Shown: positions 29,228-39,702, counted from the first letter of the stretch. The stretch: DNA of 64,000 nt from Promethearchaeota archaeon (GCA_048937405.1 JBHLNF010000001.1:848785-912784); one strand, 5' to 3'. Notes: generated by a model not told the origin, from the letters alone. Numbers and translations are program-made.

Positions 29228-31264
29228 TTGATTAAATCCATGATAAATTTGTCAAAAAGAACTTTAGCTATTTTACTTATTGCAATTATAGGTATTGGAA
29301 CTGGTATAGGAATAGGAGTTTATTTCTTTTTTTTTAATAGAGAGAATCCTCCAAATGAACCTCCTGGAGCTTTTACTTTATCTTCCGACGCTAATGATCC
29401 TGATGATGATGGTACTTTCACTCTCACATGGGGAGCTGCTGATGGGGCTGTGAATTATTCTGTATATGAATATTCCAGTTATATTACTGTTATAAATAGC
29501 AGTTTAATCACATTATCGACCAGTATTACAAGTCTTTCACGTGCATTAACGGGATATAGTAATGGAACCTATTATTTTATTGTTGTTGCTCATAATGCTC
29601 AAGGCGGCACGCTCTCCAATTGTCATACAGTTATTGTCGCAATCCCTCCTGAAGAAGATCAACCTCCTGGAGCTTTTACTTTATCTTCCGACGCTAATGA
29701 TCCTGATGATGATGGTACTTTCACTCTCACATGGGGAGTTGCTGATGGGGTTGTGAATTATTCTGTATATGAATATTCCAGTTATATTACTGTTATAAAT
29801 AGCAGTTTAACCACGTTATCAACTAATATTATAAGTCTTTCACGTGCATTATTAGGATATAGTAATGGAACCTATTTTTTTATTGCTGTTGCTCACAATG
29901 CTCAAGGCGATACTCTCTCTAATTGTCATACAGTTATTGTCGCAATCCCTCCTGAAGAACCGATTTGGATAACCCCAGGAGTAACTGGTATACCCGAAAA
30001 TCAATGGATTAAGATTGGTATGATGGGAGACATAGGTGAGATTCAGGGTGATGCCAATTATCAGGGAGGGTACTTAGCAGCATATGAAATCAATCAAGCG
30101 GGTGGTGTCGAAATTGACGGTACCACCTATTATGTTGCTATTGCGAAAGAAGATACAAATGAAACTGCTTCTGAAATTTCCTCCTCTAGTGCTGTTGCTG
30201 CAGCAGAAAGAATGATATATAGTCATGGGTGTCAATTTGCTGTAGGGGGCCATGAAACAGAATCTTTACTGGCTTATCGGGAACCTTTTATGGCTAATAA
30301 AATACCCTTTTTGAGTACAGGAGTAATGACAGATAAGTTCTGTGAAGATGTTCGGAATTATTATCCCCGTTATAAATATTATTGGAGAGTTAGTCCTTTT
30401 AACTCATCATATTCATCCTTCACTTTTGTACCTTCTGTACTTGCGATGTATTCATATCTCCTAGCTGAATATGGACCTGATGATATTGATCACGTAGGGA
30501 TATTGGCTGAAAACCAAACTTGGACAGAGGGTATACGAACTGTACTCGATGATTATTTAAATGCTGTATTCGGAGCAGGAACTGTAACACCCAATTCGGT
30601 TATAGCTTTTGATCTAGAGGTTACTCCATCAGTTATGGATAGTCACCTACAACAATTAGAGGATGAAGGATGTGATTTAGTACTCATCGCAATTTCAGGA
30701 GAAGCAGGGATTGTAATGTCTCAAGTATGGGAAGAACATGAACGACCATTTCTATTATTTGGATCTAATATTCAAGCACACACAGCTGGCCATTGGAATA
30801 GAACTAATGGAGCCTGTGAATATGAAATAGGATATACAACTACTGTAAGATGCAATAAAACAGAAAAGACGATCCCCTTTTATGACGCATTTTATGGAAT
30901 GTGGAATGAACACCCTCTTTCCATAGCAGTTGGTGCTTATGATGCTGTTAACTTTATTGTAGAATCAATCAATACAGCACAATCATTTGATCCAGACGTT
31001 CTTGTAGCAGAAATGGAAACTTGGAATAGAAGCAACCCACAAACTGGTGCTGGTAATCAATACGCTTGGTGGTCAGGAACTCATGATCTTGTTGGGGGAT
31101 ATCCTTATGGTTATGATGTTTGGTTTCAGTGGCAAAATGGTGTTAAAATATTAATTCCTTCACTCACACCTTACTTATCGCAGCCACCACAATATCCTGA
31201 TACTTTATCCCCAATGGGATCAGTGCAAATACCAGATTGGATAACTTGGGACGTAGGGCCATAG
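29228..31264 (+). CDS. Substrate-binding protein copy 3 with two FN3-like domains
   Basis: Two near-identical 101-aa FN3-like units then the binding domain. Confidence 0.85.
   Translation: MIKSMINLSKRTLAILLIAIIGIGTGIGIGVYFFFFNRENPPNEPPGAFTLSSDANDPDDDGTFTLTWGAADGAVNYSVYEYSSYITVINSSLITLSTSITSLSRALTGYSNGTYYFIVVAHNAQGGTLSNCHTVIVAIPPEEDQPPGAFTLSSDANDPDDDGTFTLTWGVADGVVNYSVYEYSSYITVINSSLTTLSTNIISLSRALLGYSNGTYFFIAVAHNAQGDTLSNCHTVIVAIPPEEPIWITPGVTGIPENQWIKIGMMGDIGEIQGDANYQGGYLAAYEINQAGGVEIDGTTYYVAIAKEDTNETASEISSSSAVAAAERMIYSHGCQFAVGGHETESLLAYREPFMANKIPFLSTGVMTDKFCEDVRNYYPRYKYYWRVSPFNSSYSSFTFVPSVLAMYSYLLAEYGPDDIDHVGILAENQTWTEGIRTVLDDYLNAVFGAGTVTPNSVIAFDLEVTPSVMDSHLQQLEDEGCDLVLIAISGEAGIVMSQVWEEHERPFLLFGSNIQAHTAGHWNRTNGACEYEIGYTTTVRCNKTEKTIPFYDAFYGMWNEHPLSIAVGAYDAVNFIVESINTAQSFDPDVLVAEMETWNRSNPQTGAGNQYAWWSGTHDLVGGYPYGYDVWFQWQNGVKILIPSLTPYLSQPPQYPDTLSPMGSVQIPDWITWDVGP
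29358..29958 (+). repeat. Tandem 303-bp repeat encoding FN3-like domains (third copy ~27145-27440)
   Basis: aacctcctggagcttttactttatcttccgacgct at 29358 and 29661. Confidence 0.9.
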
Positions 31265-31517
31265 GTTAAAAATCGTTTGAAACCAATAATTAAATATTTT
31301 ATAAAAAATTCTTTTTTTTCTTTAATTTTTAACAACACTCCCTTGAAACAGATCTTTAGATTGTTTAAGATAAAATGAAAAGATTCCTCAAAAAAGCAAA
31401 TTGATGTGGTACCATATCATATATGACTTTTCTTAAGTTAGATTATTTTACTTTTAAAAATAGTAAAAAAATCAAAATTATCTATCCAGTAAAAAAATCT
31501 TTAAATGAATTGTTTTA

Positions 31518-31931
31518 TCAATATTTATGATCTTTTCCTATGTTCTCTAAATTCTCTTTCTTTTGAAAAAATGCCTTGTTAAATATGTCATAATCTTCTT
31601 TCGATAAAATAGTTTTAAATTTCTCAGTATTCTCTTTTGTTATTTTGAAAGCTTTTTTCACTCTATAGCAAGGATAATCCTCACAAATTCCACAATTCTT
31701 AATTCTTTTTTCTAAACAGCATTCTCTGATATTATATTCACAAATTCCATTAAATTGATCACATCCCATGCATCTTATCGTTTCTACAGGTTCTATATTT
31801 TCTCTCCATCCAACTTTCATAAATAAAGTAGCGATTTTTGTGAGGTCTTTTTTAGTATTTTTTAAATTCAGATGATATCTTGGGCAATAACTACAATCAT
31901 CTCCACAACAGGCTAAATTAATATTATCTAT
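31518..31931 (-). CDS. DUF3795-like cysteine-rich protein
   Basis: Frame stays open upstream of the track's ATG and encodes ACCGDDCSYCPRY; then CMGC, IRECC, NCGICEDYPC; start inferred at ATA 31931. Confidence 0.7.
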   Translation of the reverse strand: MDNINLACCGDDCSYCPRYHLNLKNTKKDLTKIATLFMKVGWRENIEPVETIRCMGCDQFNGICEYNIRECCLEKRIKNCGICEDYPCYRVKKAFKITKENTEKFKTILSKEDYDIFNKAFFQKKENLENIGKDHKY

Positions 31932-32360
31932 TAGTTCTCGTATTAGTTCTAAAATTAAATTTAGAGAATATGATAAACATCCTTATTTTTTTTACCTTAA
32001 AAAGATATCTTGGAAAGTTTGAAAAAAACCAACAAATATTTTTAGAAGAGACATAATTTCTAACAGAAATTTTACTTTTAGCCTTATTTATTAAATCCTC
32101 ATCTAAATTTTGTCAAAAAAGAACCAGTTTATCAAAAAATTAATAGCTTTATTAATTTAATCTTTGATTTTTAAAATTTTATTAAAAGCTAAATATTCAG
32201 AGTTTTCCCATATAATATTTATAATTAAAACTACAATTTTTGAATTGAATGTAAAATTTTTAAATATTCAATTCTAATAATTACAAAGTAATTTATTTTG
32301 AATGGAATATCGAAATCTAAATGTATAAATTTTTAATATAACATAAAAGTTGATAAATTA

Positions 32361-35105
32361 ATGACCGATTGGACAAAAAAGAATATAGCCATTTTACTTA
32401 TTGTAATTATAGGTATTGGAAGTGGAGTAGGAGTAGGGATTTTTCTTCTTTTTTTTGATGGATGGCAATCACAAGAGGAGGAGGTATATCCCTGGAGTGC
32501 CTCAGACTGTCCAGGTGCTCCAAGTTCTATTACTAGCGATCAAATAATTAAGATTGGATGTGCTGGTGATACAGGAACAATACAAGGTGATGCTAATTAT
32601 AATGGAACTTTGTTTGCAGCACAAGAAATAAATGAAGCTGGAGGTATCGATGTTAATGGCGAAACATATTATTTTGGAGTTACCAGTGAAGATACAGATG
32701 AATGCAATGTAACCCTCGATATCTCAAGGTCAGTTTCAGCAGCAAAAAGACTTATAAAATATAAAAAAGTTGATTTTGTAACTGGTGGGTTTCGTTCAGA
32801 AGCATTAACAACATATGTAGAAGAATTTATGGATGCAAAAACAATTTTTTTTGGTACTGGAGCGCTAGATGATATTTTGTGTAAAAATGTTATTGATGAT
32901 TATGACACTTATAAATATTTTTTTAGATTCATGCCCATCAATTCAACTGAATTAGCTTTTCAAATAATAGAAACACTAGTCGATTTTATAATAGAAATTG
33001 AAAATACTTATCCAGAATATGATGTTAGAGAGATTGGCGTCTTAGCAGAAAATTCAGATTGGACAGATCCTATAATAACATTGATAGAAACCTATTTACT
33101 TTATTATTATACCTTAAAAACTGGAATTCCTTTTTGGGAAATGGATGTATTAACACCAATATTATTTGATACTAACATTAATGGATCTGATATGAATATG
33201 CATTTACAATCACTCGAATCAGATGGAGCAGATATTGTAATTCCACTAATTTCTGGCTCAGGTGGCATCTCTATGATGCAACAATATGAACTTAACCAAT
33301 ATGACTATCTTATTTTTGGTGTCGATGAACAATCACAATTAGATACATTTTGGGAAGATAGTGGAGAATCATGCGCATATGAAACAATAATCCAAGGGAT
33401 ATACAGAACCAATATGTCAAACACTACAATTGCTTTTTGGGACGCATTTATCGCAGAATATCCCCATGAACCACTTTATAATGCAGCAGGAGCTTATGAT
33501 GCGGTAAATTGCCTAAAAGATGCGATTGTAGAAACGCAATCATTGGAAACAGATGATATTATTGCTCATATAGAAACATGGACGCCTTCTAATCCCCGTT
33601 CAAGTGTCTTAGGAGTAGGTGCATGGTGGTCAAATTCCCATGACCTGGTTGGCGGATATCCTTATAGATATCCCTTATGGTGTCAATGGCAACCCGATGG
33701 AACTAAGATAGTAATCCCGACTTCCATCTATCCAAATTCTTTAGCAACAGGGAATTATACTATGCCTCCATGGGTTCTCTATAAAGGTATTATACCCGAA
33801 ACATGGGTAACTCCTGGAGTATCTGGTATACCTGAAGAACAATGGATTAAGATCGGGATGATGGGTGATATCGGTGAACTCCAAGGTGATCAAAATTATC
33901 AAGGAGGTTATTTGGCTGCACGAAAAATAAATCAAGAGGGTGGTATTGTTGTTAATGGCACTAGCTATTATGTTGCTGTTGCAGCTGCAGATACAGATGA
34001 GGCTGCTCAAGATTTTTCTACAGCCGCAGGTGTTGCCGCAGCAGATCGGATGATCTACAGTCTGAAATGTCAGTACGCTGTTGGTGGCTCCACAACAGAA
34101 TCCCTCCTTGCTTATCGTGAACCTTTCATGGACAATGATATACCCTTTTTAAGCACTGGAGTAATGGCAGATATCTTCACTGAAAATGTTAGAGATAATT
34201 ATGCACGTTATAATTATTATTGGAGAATTAGTCCTTATAACTCATCATATTCGAGTAGTAGTTTTGTAATAAATACATTATCGTTGTATTCATATCTTCT
34301 AACAATATATGGACCTGATGATATCAATCACATAGGTATATTGGCAGAAGATTTACCTTGGACGGAGGGCATACGAATGGTAATCCCTAGTTATATAGAT
34401 GGTGCGTTCGGAGCAGGAACTGTACCAGCAGGAGGAGTTATTGCTTTTGATCCAGAGGTTACTCCATCAGTTATGAATAGTCATCTTGAAACATTGGAGA
34501 TCGCTGGATGTGATGTTGTACTTATAGCAATTTCAGGAGAAGCAGGGATTGTAATGTCTCAAATGTGGGCAGCAGCAGAACGACCTTTTCTATTATTTGG
34601 TTCTAATCTTCATGCTCAAACAGCGGGATACTGGGAAAAAACTAATGGAGATTGTGAATATGAAATAGGACAAACGACAGCCACAAGATGTAATAAAACC
34701 GTTCATACTATCGAATTTTATGATACGTTTTTTAATGAATTCAATGAACATCCTATTTATATAGGATTTGGTGCTTATGATGCCGTAAATCTAATTGTAG
34801 ACTCAATTGAAAAAACACAATCATTTGATCCAGATGATTTTGTGGCAGATATAGAAACTTATAATACATCCAACCCTAAGCATGGTGGCGCTGGTGGTGA
34901 CCCCGTCGCTTGGAACAGTAATCATGACCTTATTGCAGGGTATCCTTTCTCTTATGGTGTTTGGTTTCAATGGCAAAGTGGAATTAAAACACTCATTCCC
35001 TCATACACACCTTACCTAGCTTTGCCTCCAGAATATCCTAGCACTCTAGCACCAATGGGCACAATGCAATTACCAGATTGGATAACTTGGGACGTAGGGC
35101 CATAG
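32361..35105 (+). CDS. Substrate-binding protein copy 4, two tandem binding domains
   Basis: Two complete KIG..GD...AYDAV...WxQWQ units. Confidence 0.85.
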   Translation: MTDWTKKNIAILLIVIIGIGSGVGVGIFLLFFDGWQSQEEEVYPWSASDCPGAPSSITSDQIIKIGCAGDTGTIQGDANYNGTLFAAQEINEAGGIDVNGETYYFGVTSEDTDECNVTLDISRSVSAAKRLIKYKKVDFVTGGFRSEALTTYVEEFMDAKTIFFGTGALDDILCKNVIDDYDTYKYFFRFMPINSTELAFQIIETLVDFIIEIENTYPEYDVREIGVLAENSDWTDPIITLIETYLLYYYTLKTGIPFWEMDVLTPILFDTNINGSDMNMHLQSLESDGADIVIPLISGSGGISMMQQYELNQYDYLIFGVDEQSQLDTFWEDSGESCAYETIIQGIYRTNMSNTTIAFWDAFIAEYPHEPLYNAAGAYDAVNCLKDAIVETQSLETDDIIAHIETWTPSNPRSSVLGVGAWWSNSHDLVGGYPYRYPLWCQWQPDGTKIVIPTSIYPNSLATGNYTMPPWVLYKGIIPETWVTPGVSGIPEEQWIKIGMMGDIGELQGDQNYQGGYLAARKINQEGGIVVNGTSYYVAVAAADTDEAAQDFSTAAGVAAADRMIYSLKCQYAVGGSTTESLLAYREPFMDNDIPFLSTGVMADIFTENVRDNYARYNYYWRISPYNSSYSSSSFVINTLSLYSYLLTIYGPDDINHIGILAEDLPWTEGIRMVIPSYIDGAFGAGTVPAGGVIAFDPEVTPSVMNSHLETLEIAGCDVVLIAISGEAGIVMSQMWAAAERPFLLFGSNLHAQTAGYWEKTNGDCEYEIGQTTATRCNKTVHTIEFYDTFFNEFNEHPIYIGFGAYDAVNLIVDSIEKTQSFDPDDFVADIETYNTSNPKHGGAGGDPVAWNSNHDLIAGYPFSYGVWFQWQSGIKTLIPSYTPYLALPPEYPSTLAPMGTMQLPDWITWDVGP

Positions 35106-35474
35106 GTTAAAAATCATTTGAAACCAATAATAAAATATTTTATAAAAAATTCTTTTTTTTTTCCATTTTAAGTAATAACCACCTTACAAAAATACATAAG
35201 TTCATTAAGGTAATAGAAAATTTTATCTTGGCTAAATCCTTTTTTTATTTAATATCTCAACTCCTTATATAAATTAAAATAGCTCCAAACTCTACTTATA
35301 CGGCTAATTATTAGAGTATTTTATCAAATTTTTAAAAAAAACGAGTATATTTGCTAATTAATAGTTCTATTAAAATTATTAGAAAACTTTTTTACTCTTA
35401 ATCTATTAAAATGTAAGGTAATCATTTTTTTATAATTCAAACAAATAGCTTTAAAACTAGGGTATTTACGGGCA

Positions 35475-36662
35475 ATGAGTGATATTTATGAATTAGTAAA
35501 ACGATATCCTTGGCTCCCTTCTCTAAAAAAGTACTATTCTGATATAGCTTCAAGAAATCCTTTAGATTTTATTAATGACGTTTTTACATCTGATAAATCT
35601 GAGGATCTACAATCTAGAGTTTTAACTATATTCAACGATGCATTTAATAATATTGAACAGCTATCGGAATATGAGCTCGATGAGACAAATATTTATGTTT
35701 ACTTAATATTAAGAATTATCCTTTATATTTTAAATAACAAAATAATTTCTAATCGAATAGCAAACATCTATTCAAAAACCACATTCAATGAGTTAAATAA
35801 AGAAAATGAATATAATCTATATTATATTTACCAAGATCTAAATTTAGAAGTAATTTATGAAGAACACCCAATAGTCTATAAAAAACTAGTCATAAAAGAA
35901 CAACAAGAACTATTTAAAACGAATTTTAAGATATCTTATTTAGATTATTTAAAACTTGCTTCTAATCTAAAGGATGAATATCGAAAATTAGTAAATAATG
36001 CACTTCTAAAGGGTTATTTATATACTAAACCTGAAAATATTAATAGATTGTTGCAGGAATATGTTCGTTTAAAATTTTTAACTCAAAATAATGAAATTTC
36101 TGCGGAAATTAAAAATTTAAAAGAAACTCTATTAAAAATTCAGGAGTTCAAAAAACTATTTGATAATATAACAGCTATTTGGGATTTAAAAAAAGAAGAT
36201 TTTGAATACGCAGTTAATATTACCTTTAAAGAAGGAAAAGATATTTCAAATTTATTTCCACCTTGTGTAAGAGAAATACTTTCAAAAGCCCAAGAGGGTC
36301 AAAATTTAATACATACTGAAAGACTTTATATTTTATGGATCTTAAATTCACTTGAATATCCTCAGGATAAGATAGTCAATGTATTTTCTACATTACCTGA
36401 TTTTGATGAAGAAAAAACTATTTACCAAGTTAAATATGCTATGAAAAAAGGATATACTCCCTATTCATGCAAATCGTTAAAATCCTATAATTTATGCTTA
36501 GCAAAAAAGTATAATGATGAATTATGTCTAAAGGGGTATTTTTCAAGATTACAAGATACACAAAAAGAAATTTCACATCCTCTTAAATATATAGAAGTCA
36601 AACAATATCGTGACTCTAAGAAATTAAAAAATACAAAAGAACAAACTCTAGATAAACAATGA
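35475..36662 (+). CDS. priL: DNA primase large subunit
   Basis: YPWL, FPPCV, HTER, YQVK, YTPYSC...LC Fe-S cysteines; overlaps priS start. Confidence 0.88.
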   Translation: MSDIYELVKRYPWLPSLKKYYSDIASRNPLDFINDVFTSDKSEDLQSRVLTIFNDAFNNIEQLSEYELDETNIYVYLILRIILYILNNKIISNRIANIYSKTTFNELNKENEYNLYYIYQDLNLEVIYEEHPIVYKKLVIKEQQELFKTNFKISYLDYLKLASNLKDEYRKLVNNALLKGYLYTKPENINRLLQEYVRLKFLTQNNEISAEIKNLKETLLKIQEFKKLFDNITAIWDLKKEDFEYAVNITFKEGKDISNLFPPCVREILSKAQEGQNLIHTERLYILWILNSLEYPQDKIVNVFSTLPDFDEEKTIYQVKYAMKKGYTPYSCKSLKSYNLCLAKKYNDELCLKGYFSRLQDTQKEISHPLKYIEVKQYRDSKKLKNTKEQTLDKQ

Positions 36663-37942
36663 ATTCTAACGATTACCTAAAACGCAGATTTAAGGAATAT
36701 TATAAAGATAATAGAGATAAGATTCCTTTTGTCAGTTTGTTTAATAAAAGAGAATTTGGATTTATTCCATGGGATCATCAAATAAGAATGATAAGACATA
36801 TGGGTTTTGCAAATGGAGAAAATTTTATACAACATTTAATAAATAACGGACCCAGACATGTTTATTCGAGTGGTTCTATTTATAACAATCCGGAGAACCA
36901 GGATATGATAAAGAAAGGATATGAAGGTTGTGATTTCATTATTGATATTGATGTTGATCACTTTTATACTCCATGTAAAGAAGATCATGATATATGGTAT
37001 TGTAAAGAATGTGGGAAAAATGGTAAGGGAATGATAAAAAAATGTCCAAAATGTGGGAAGTCAAAACTTAAGAAAATAGCGTGGATATGTGAAGATTGCT
37101 TAAATGCGGCCAAAAACGAGATAATCAAGTTAATTTATGATTTTTTATTACCTGATTTCAACATCGATCTTAAAAAAATAAAAATTGCTTTTTCTGGACA
37201 TAGAGGATATCATATGAAAATTGAAGATCATAATCTTAGATTACTATCAAGTGATGAACGTAGAGAAATAATTGACTATATTACAGGAGAAGGTATTTCT
37301 TTTGAAATTTTAGGTTTAAGAAAAATTGGAGATATTGTTTTTGGCTTTTCAAAAGAAACAATTGGTTGGTCTCAAAAAATTACCAGAGAAATTGAAAAGA
37401 TTTTAAAAATGTCGAGTGTTGAAATTGAGACTCTATTATCAGATAAAAGAAAGTTTAAGCTAAATCAAAATTTTATTGAAAATTTTCTTAACTATAAAGA
37501 TAATTTCCTCAAGATAATTAAGAGTAGTAACATGAATAATTGGACTCTTGTAAGTTCAAACATAAATACTTGGTATAATTTTCTGAAACCAATTGCTGAT
37601 CAAATTGGAATTGAAGTTGATGTACCCGTATCAATAGATATCCATAGACTTATCAGGTATCCTGGATCTTTACATGGGAAAACAGGTTTTAAAGTTCAAG
37701 AGTTATTACTTGATGAAATCGAGATATTTAATCCCTTAGATGAACAAACTGAGAAATTAGATCCAATCGTTTTTGTTAGTAAAGTAAAAACAACTCAAAA
37801 ATTAGAAATTATTGAATCTGATGTACCAGCAACAAAAATTAAAGGTGAAACCTATGGACCATATCAATTAGGTGAGAAAATAGAGGTTCCTCATCATATT
37901 GCAGTTTTTTTATTATGCAAGGGAGTTGCCAAATCGAATTAA
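36659..37942 (+). CDS. priS: DNA primase small subunit
   Basis: REFGF, DIDVD, FSGHRGYH, D.HRLIRYPGSLHGKTG. Confidence 0.95.
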   Translation: MNSNDYLKRRFKEYYKDNRDKIPFVSLFNKREFGFIPWDHQIRMIRHMGFANGENFIQHLINNGPRHVYSSGSIYNNPENQDMIKKGYEGCDFIIDIDVDHFYTPCKEDHDIWYCKECGKNGKGMIKKCPKCGKSKLKKIAWICEDCLNAAKNEIIKLIYDFLLPDFNIDLKKIKIAFSGHRGYHMKIEDHNLRLLSSDERREIIDYITGEGISFEILGLRKIGDIVFGFSKETIGWSQKITREIEKILKMSSVEIETLLSDKRKFKLNQNFIENFLNYKDNFLKIIKSSNMNNWTLVSSNINTWYNFLKPIADQIGIEVDVPVSIDIHRLIRYPGSLHGKTGFKVQELLLDEIEIFNPLDEQTEKLDPIVFVSKVKTTQKLEIIESDVPATKIKGETYGPYQLGEKIEVPHHIAVFLLCKGVAKSN

Positions 37943-37996
37943 GTTAAAAGATTTAAACTTAAGAATACTGTTAATTATAATAAAGTAATAAATTCG

Positions 37997-38668
37997 ATGT
38001 TTATGGATTTAAAAATAGACTATGAAAAATTATATCAACAATGGCTTGATGAATTCCATCAAACCAATTTAACTGAGTTAAATCAGGAAATTTTTAGCTA
38101 TTACAAGAATAATTTGAATCTTATCAACGATTATAAGGAAGAAAATCCTAATGAACTAAAAGAAGATATACTAAGGGTTTATAAAGATAATTTTACCTTT
38201 TTATTTAACGATTTATTAAAGCTGAGGGAAGTAAAAATCATAAATTCTGCCTTGAATTTAAAAGAAATTAATTTAAAGAATGTTATTGAATCAGAAAAGT
38301 TACTTTATCAGAATTTGGTTGCCGCAATCAAGGGATTTAAAAAAGTACAAGCTCTCTCTATTTTAGAAGAAGAAAAAAAGAATCTTGATGATTTAATTAA
38401 ATCAGAAATAAGGAAAAAAGAAGGAATTGTAGAAGAATCACTTTCTATTGAGAAAGAAAAAACCATCATTTCGGAATCAGACGAAGTTATTAATAAAAGA
38501 AAAACTGAATATACTTTAGTTAGGTTCTTAAAAAAGACCCCTCCTTTAGTAGGTATTGATCTTATTAATTATGGACCATTTGAGAAGGAAGATATTGCGA
38601 ACCTGCCTAAAGAAAATGTAAATATACTTTTATCCGAAAGTGTTGTAGAAGAAATAGAACTTCCCTAA
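37997..38668 (+). CDS. gins51: GINS subunit, Gins51 type (A then B domain)
   Basis: LREVKII helical A domain; VRFLK..P.LVGID..YGPF..EDIA.LP B domain; follows priS. Confidence 0.85.
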   Translation: MFMDLKIDYEKLYQQWLDEFHQTNLTELNQEIFSYYKNNLNLINDYKEENPNELKEDILRVYKDNFTFLFNDLLKLREVKIINSALNLKEINLKNVIESEKLLYQNLVAAIKGFKKVQALSILEEEKKNLDDLIKSEIRKKEGIVEESLSIEKEKTIISESDEVINKRKTEYTLVRFLKKTPPLVGIDLINYGPFEKEDIANLPKENVNILLSESVVEEIELP

Positions 38669-38856
38669 CTATTTTTGAATTTTTTATCAAATTCTTCCTT
38701 AAAATATTCCAATCGATACTTCCCATATTTATCAATAGGAGAATACTTCGGAGGTCTAGGATTAATTAATCTCCCTCCACAATGATGACATTTTGATTCA
38801 GGATTCTGTAATCCATATCTATTACAATTTTCACACTTTTGAAGGTATTTTGTCAT
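38665..38856 (-). CDS. nop10: H/ACA RNP protein Nop10
   Basis: CENC..Y...CHHCGG...PPKYSPIDKYGKYR. Confidence 0.95.
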   Translation of the reverse strand: MTKYLQKCENCNRYGLQNPESKCHHCGGRLINPRPPKYSPIDKYGKYRLEYFKEEFDKKFKNS

Positions 38857-38880
38857 CTCTCACTATAAGATATGTTAAAA

Positions 38881-39702
38881 TTAATCTCTTATGAATTCAA
38901 ATTGACCATTATATTTTTCTGCTTTCTGTTCAATAATCTCCAAAGCATCGGATAAGATATTTTCAGCATCTAAATAATCCTTTGAAACCACTTCTAATCG
39001 ATAAAAGGGAGCTGCTATATAGTTTATATTTATATTTCTAGATGGCTTTTGCTCTATTACATTCTTAGCTTCTGTTAATGATTCTTTGATTTGATTTATC
39101 CCATTTTCTGAGGTAAAAGTAAGTTTAACTTTACCAGATATGCTTACTGTTGAAATACTAACATTTTCCTCAATTATTTTTAATAATGCTAATTTAATAT
39201 CATCAGTTATCCCTTCTAAATGAGATAAAATTTCTTCCCCACTTTCTTTAAGACTTTCAATAGTCTCTTGATAGGAATTAAAAAGGTCGAGAACTGGAAA
39301 ACCAATTAATTCATAAGCTTCATCTAGCGTTAAATTGATTCCTTCTGTCTCAGTAAGAAACTGTAGTAAATTCTCATATTTTAAGGCATACTTCCATTCT
39401 TTTATTCGATTTTCCCTTTGAGCAGAATTAACTCTTCTTAATGATAAATCAACATGTCCTTTATGGGCATCAACTCTCAATACTCGAAGAACAATTCTCT
39501 GACCAATCCGAGCATAATTACGAATATTCTTTATCCATCGAGAACTTATTTCTGAAATATGTATCATCCCCCTAGCGTTCTCTTCAGAATCCAAACCTTC
39601 AAAATCAATTAAATTAACATATACATATTGATCTTGTACTTCGGTTACCTTAGCTACGACGAATTCACCTTCCCGAGGGAATCTTGTTTTACTTTTTACC
39701 AT
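38881..39702 (-). CDS. eif2a: Translation initiation factor aIF2 alpha
   Basis: S1 domain IHISEIS, HVDLSLRRV, AAPFYR. Confidence 0.96.
   Translation of the reverse strand: MVKSKTRFPREGEFVVAKVTEVQDQYVYVNLIDFEGLDSEENARGMIHISEISSRWIKNIRNYARIGQRIVLRVLRVDAHKGHVDLSLRRVNSAQRENRIKEWKYALKYENLLQFLTETEGINLTLDEAYELIGFPVLDLFNSYQETIESLKESGEEILSHLEGITDDIKLALLKIIEENVSISTVSISGKVKLTFTSENGINQIKESLTEAKNVIEQKPSRNININYIAAPFYRLEVVSKDYLDAENILSDALEIIEQKAEKYNGQFEFIRD

Noticed and set aside
24983-35105. Diversity-generating retroelement behind the paralogue variation
   Set aside because: No reverse transcriptase in the window, and differences are not visibly adenine-restricted
36955-37100. Nested zinc ribbon in PriS
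   Set aside because: Similar Zn-binding insertions are known in other archaeal primases
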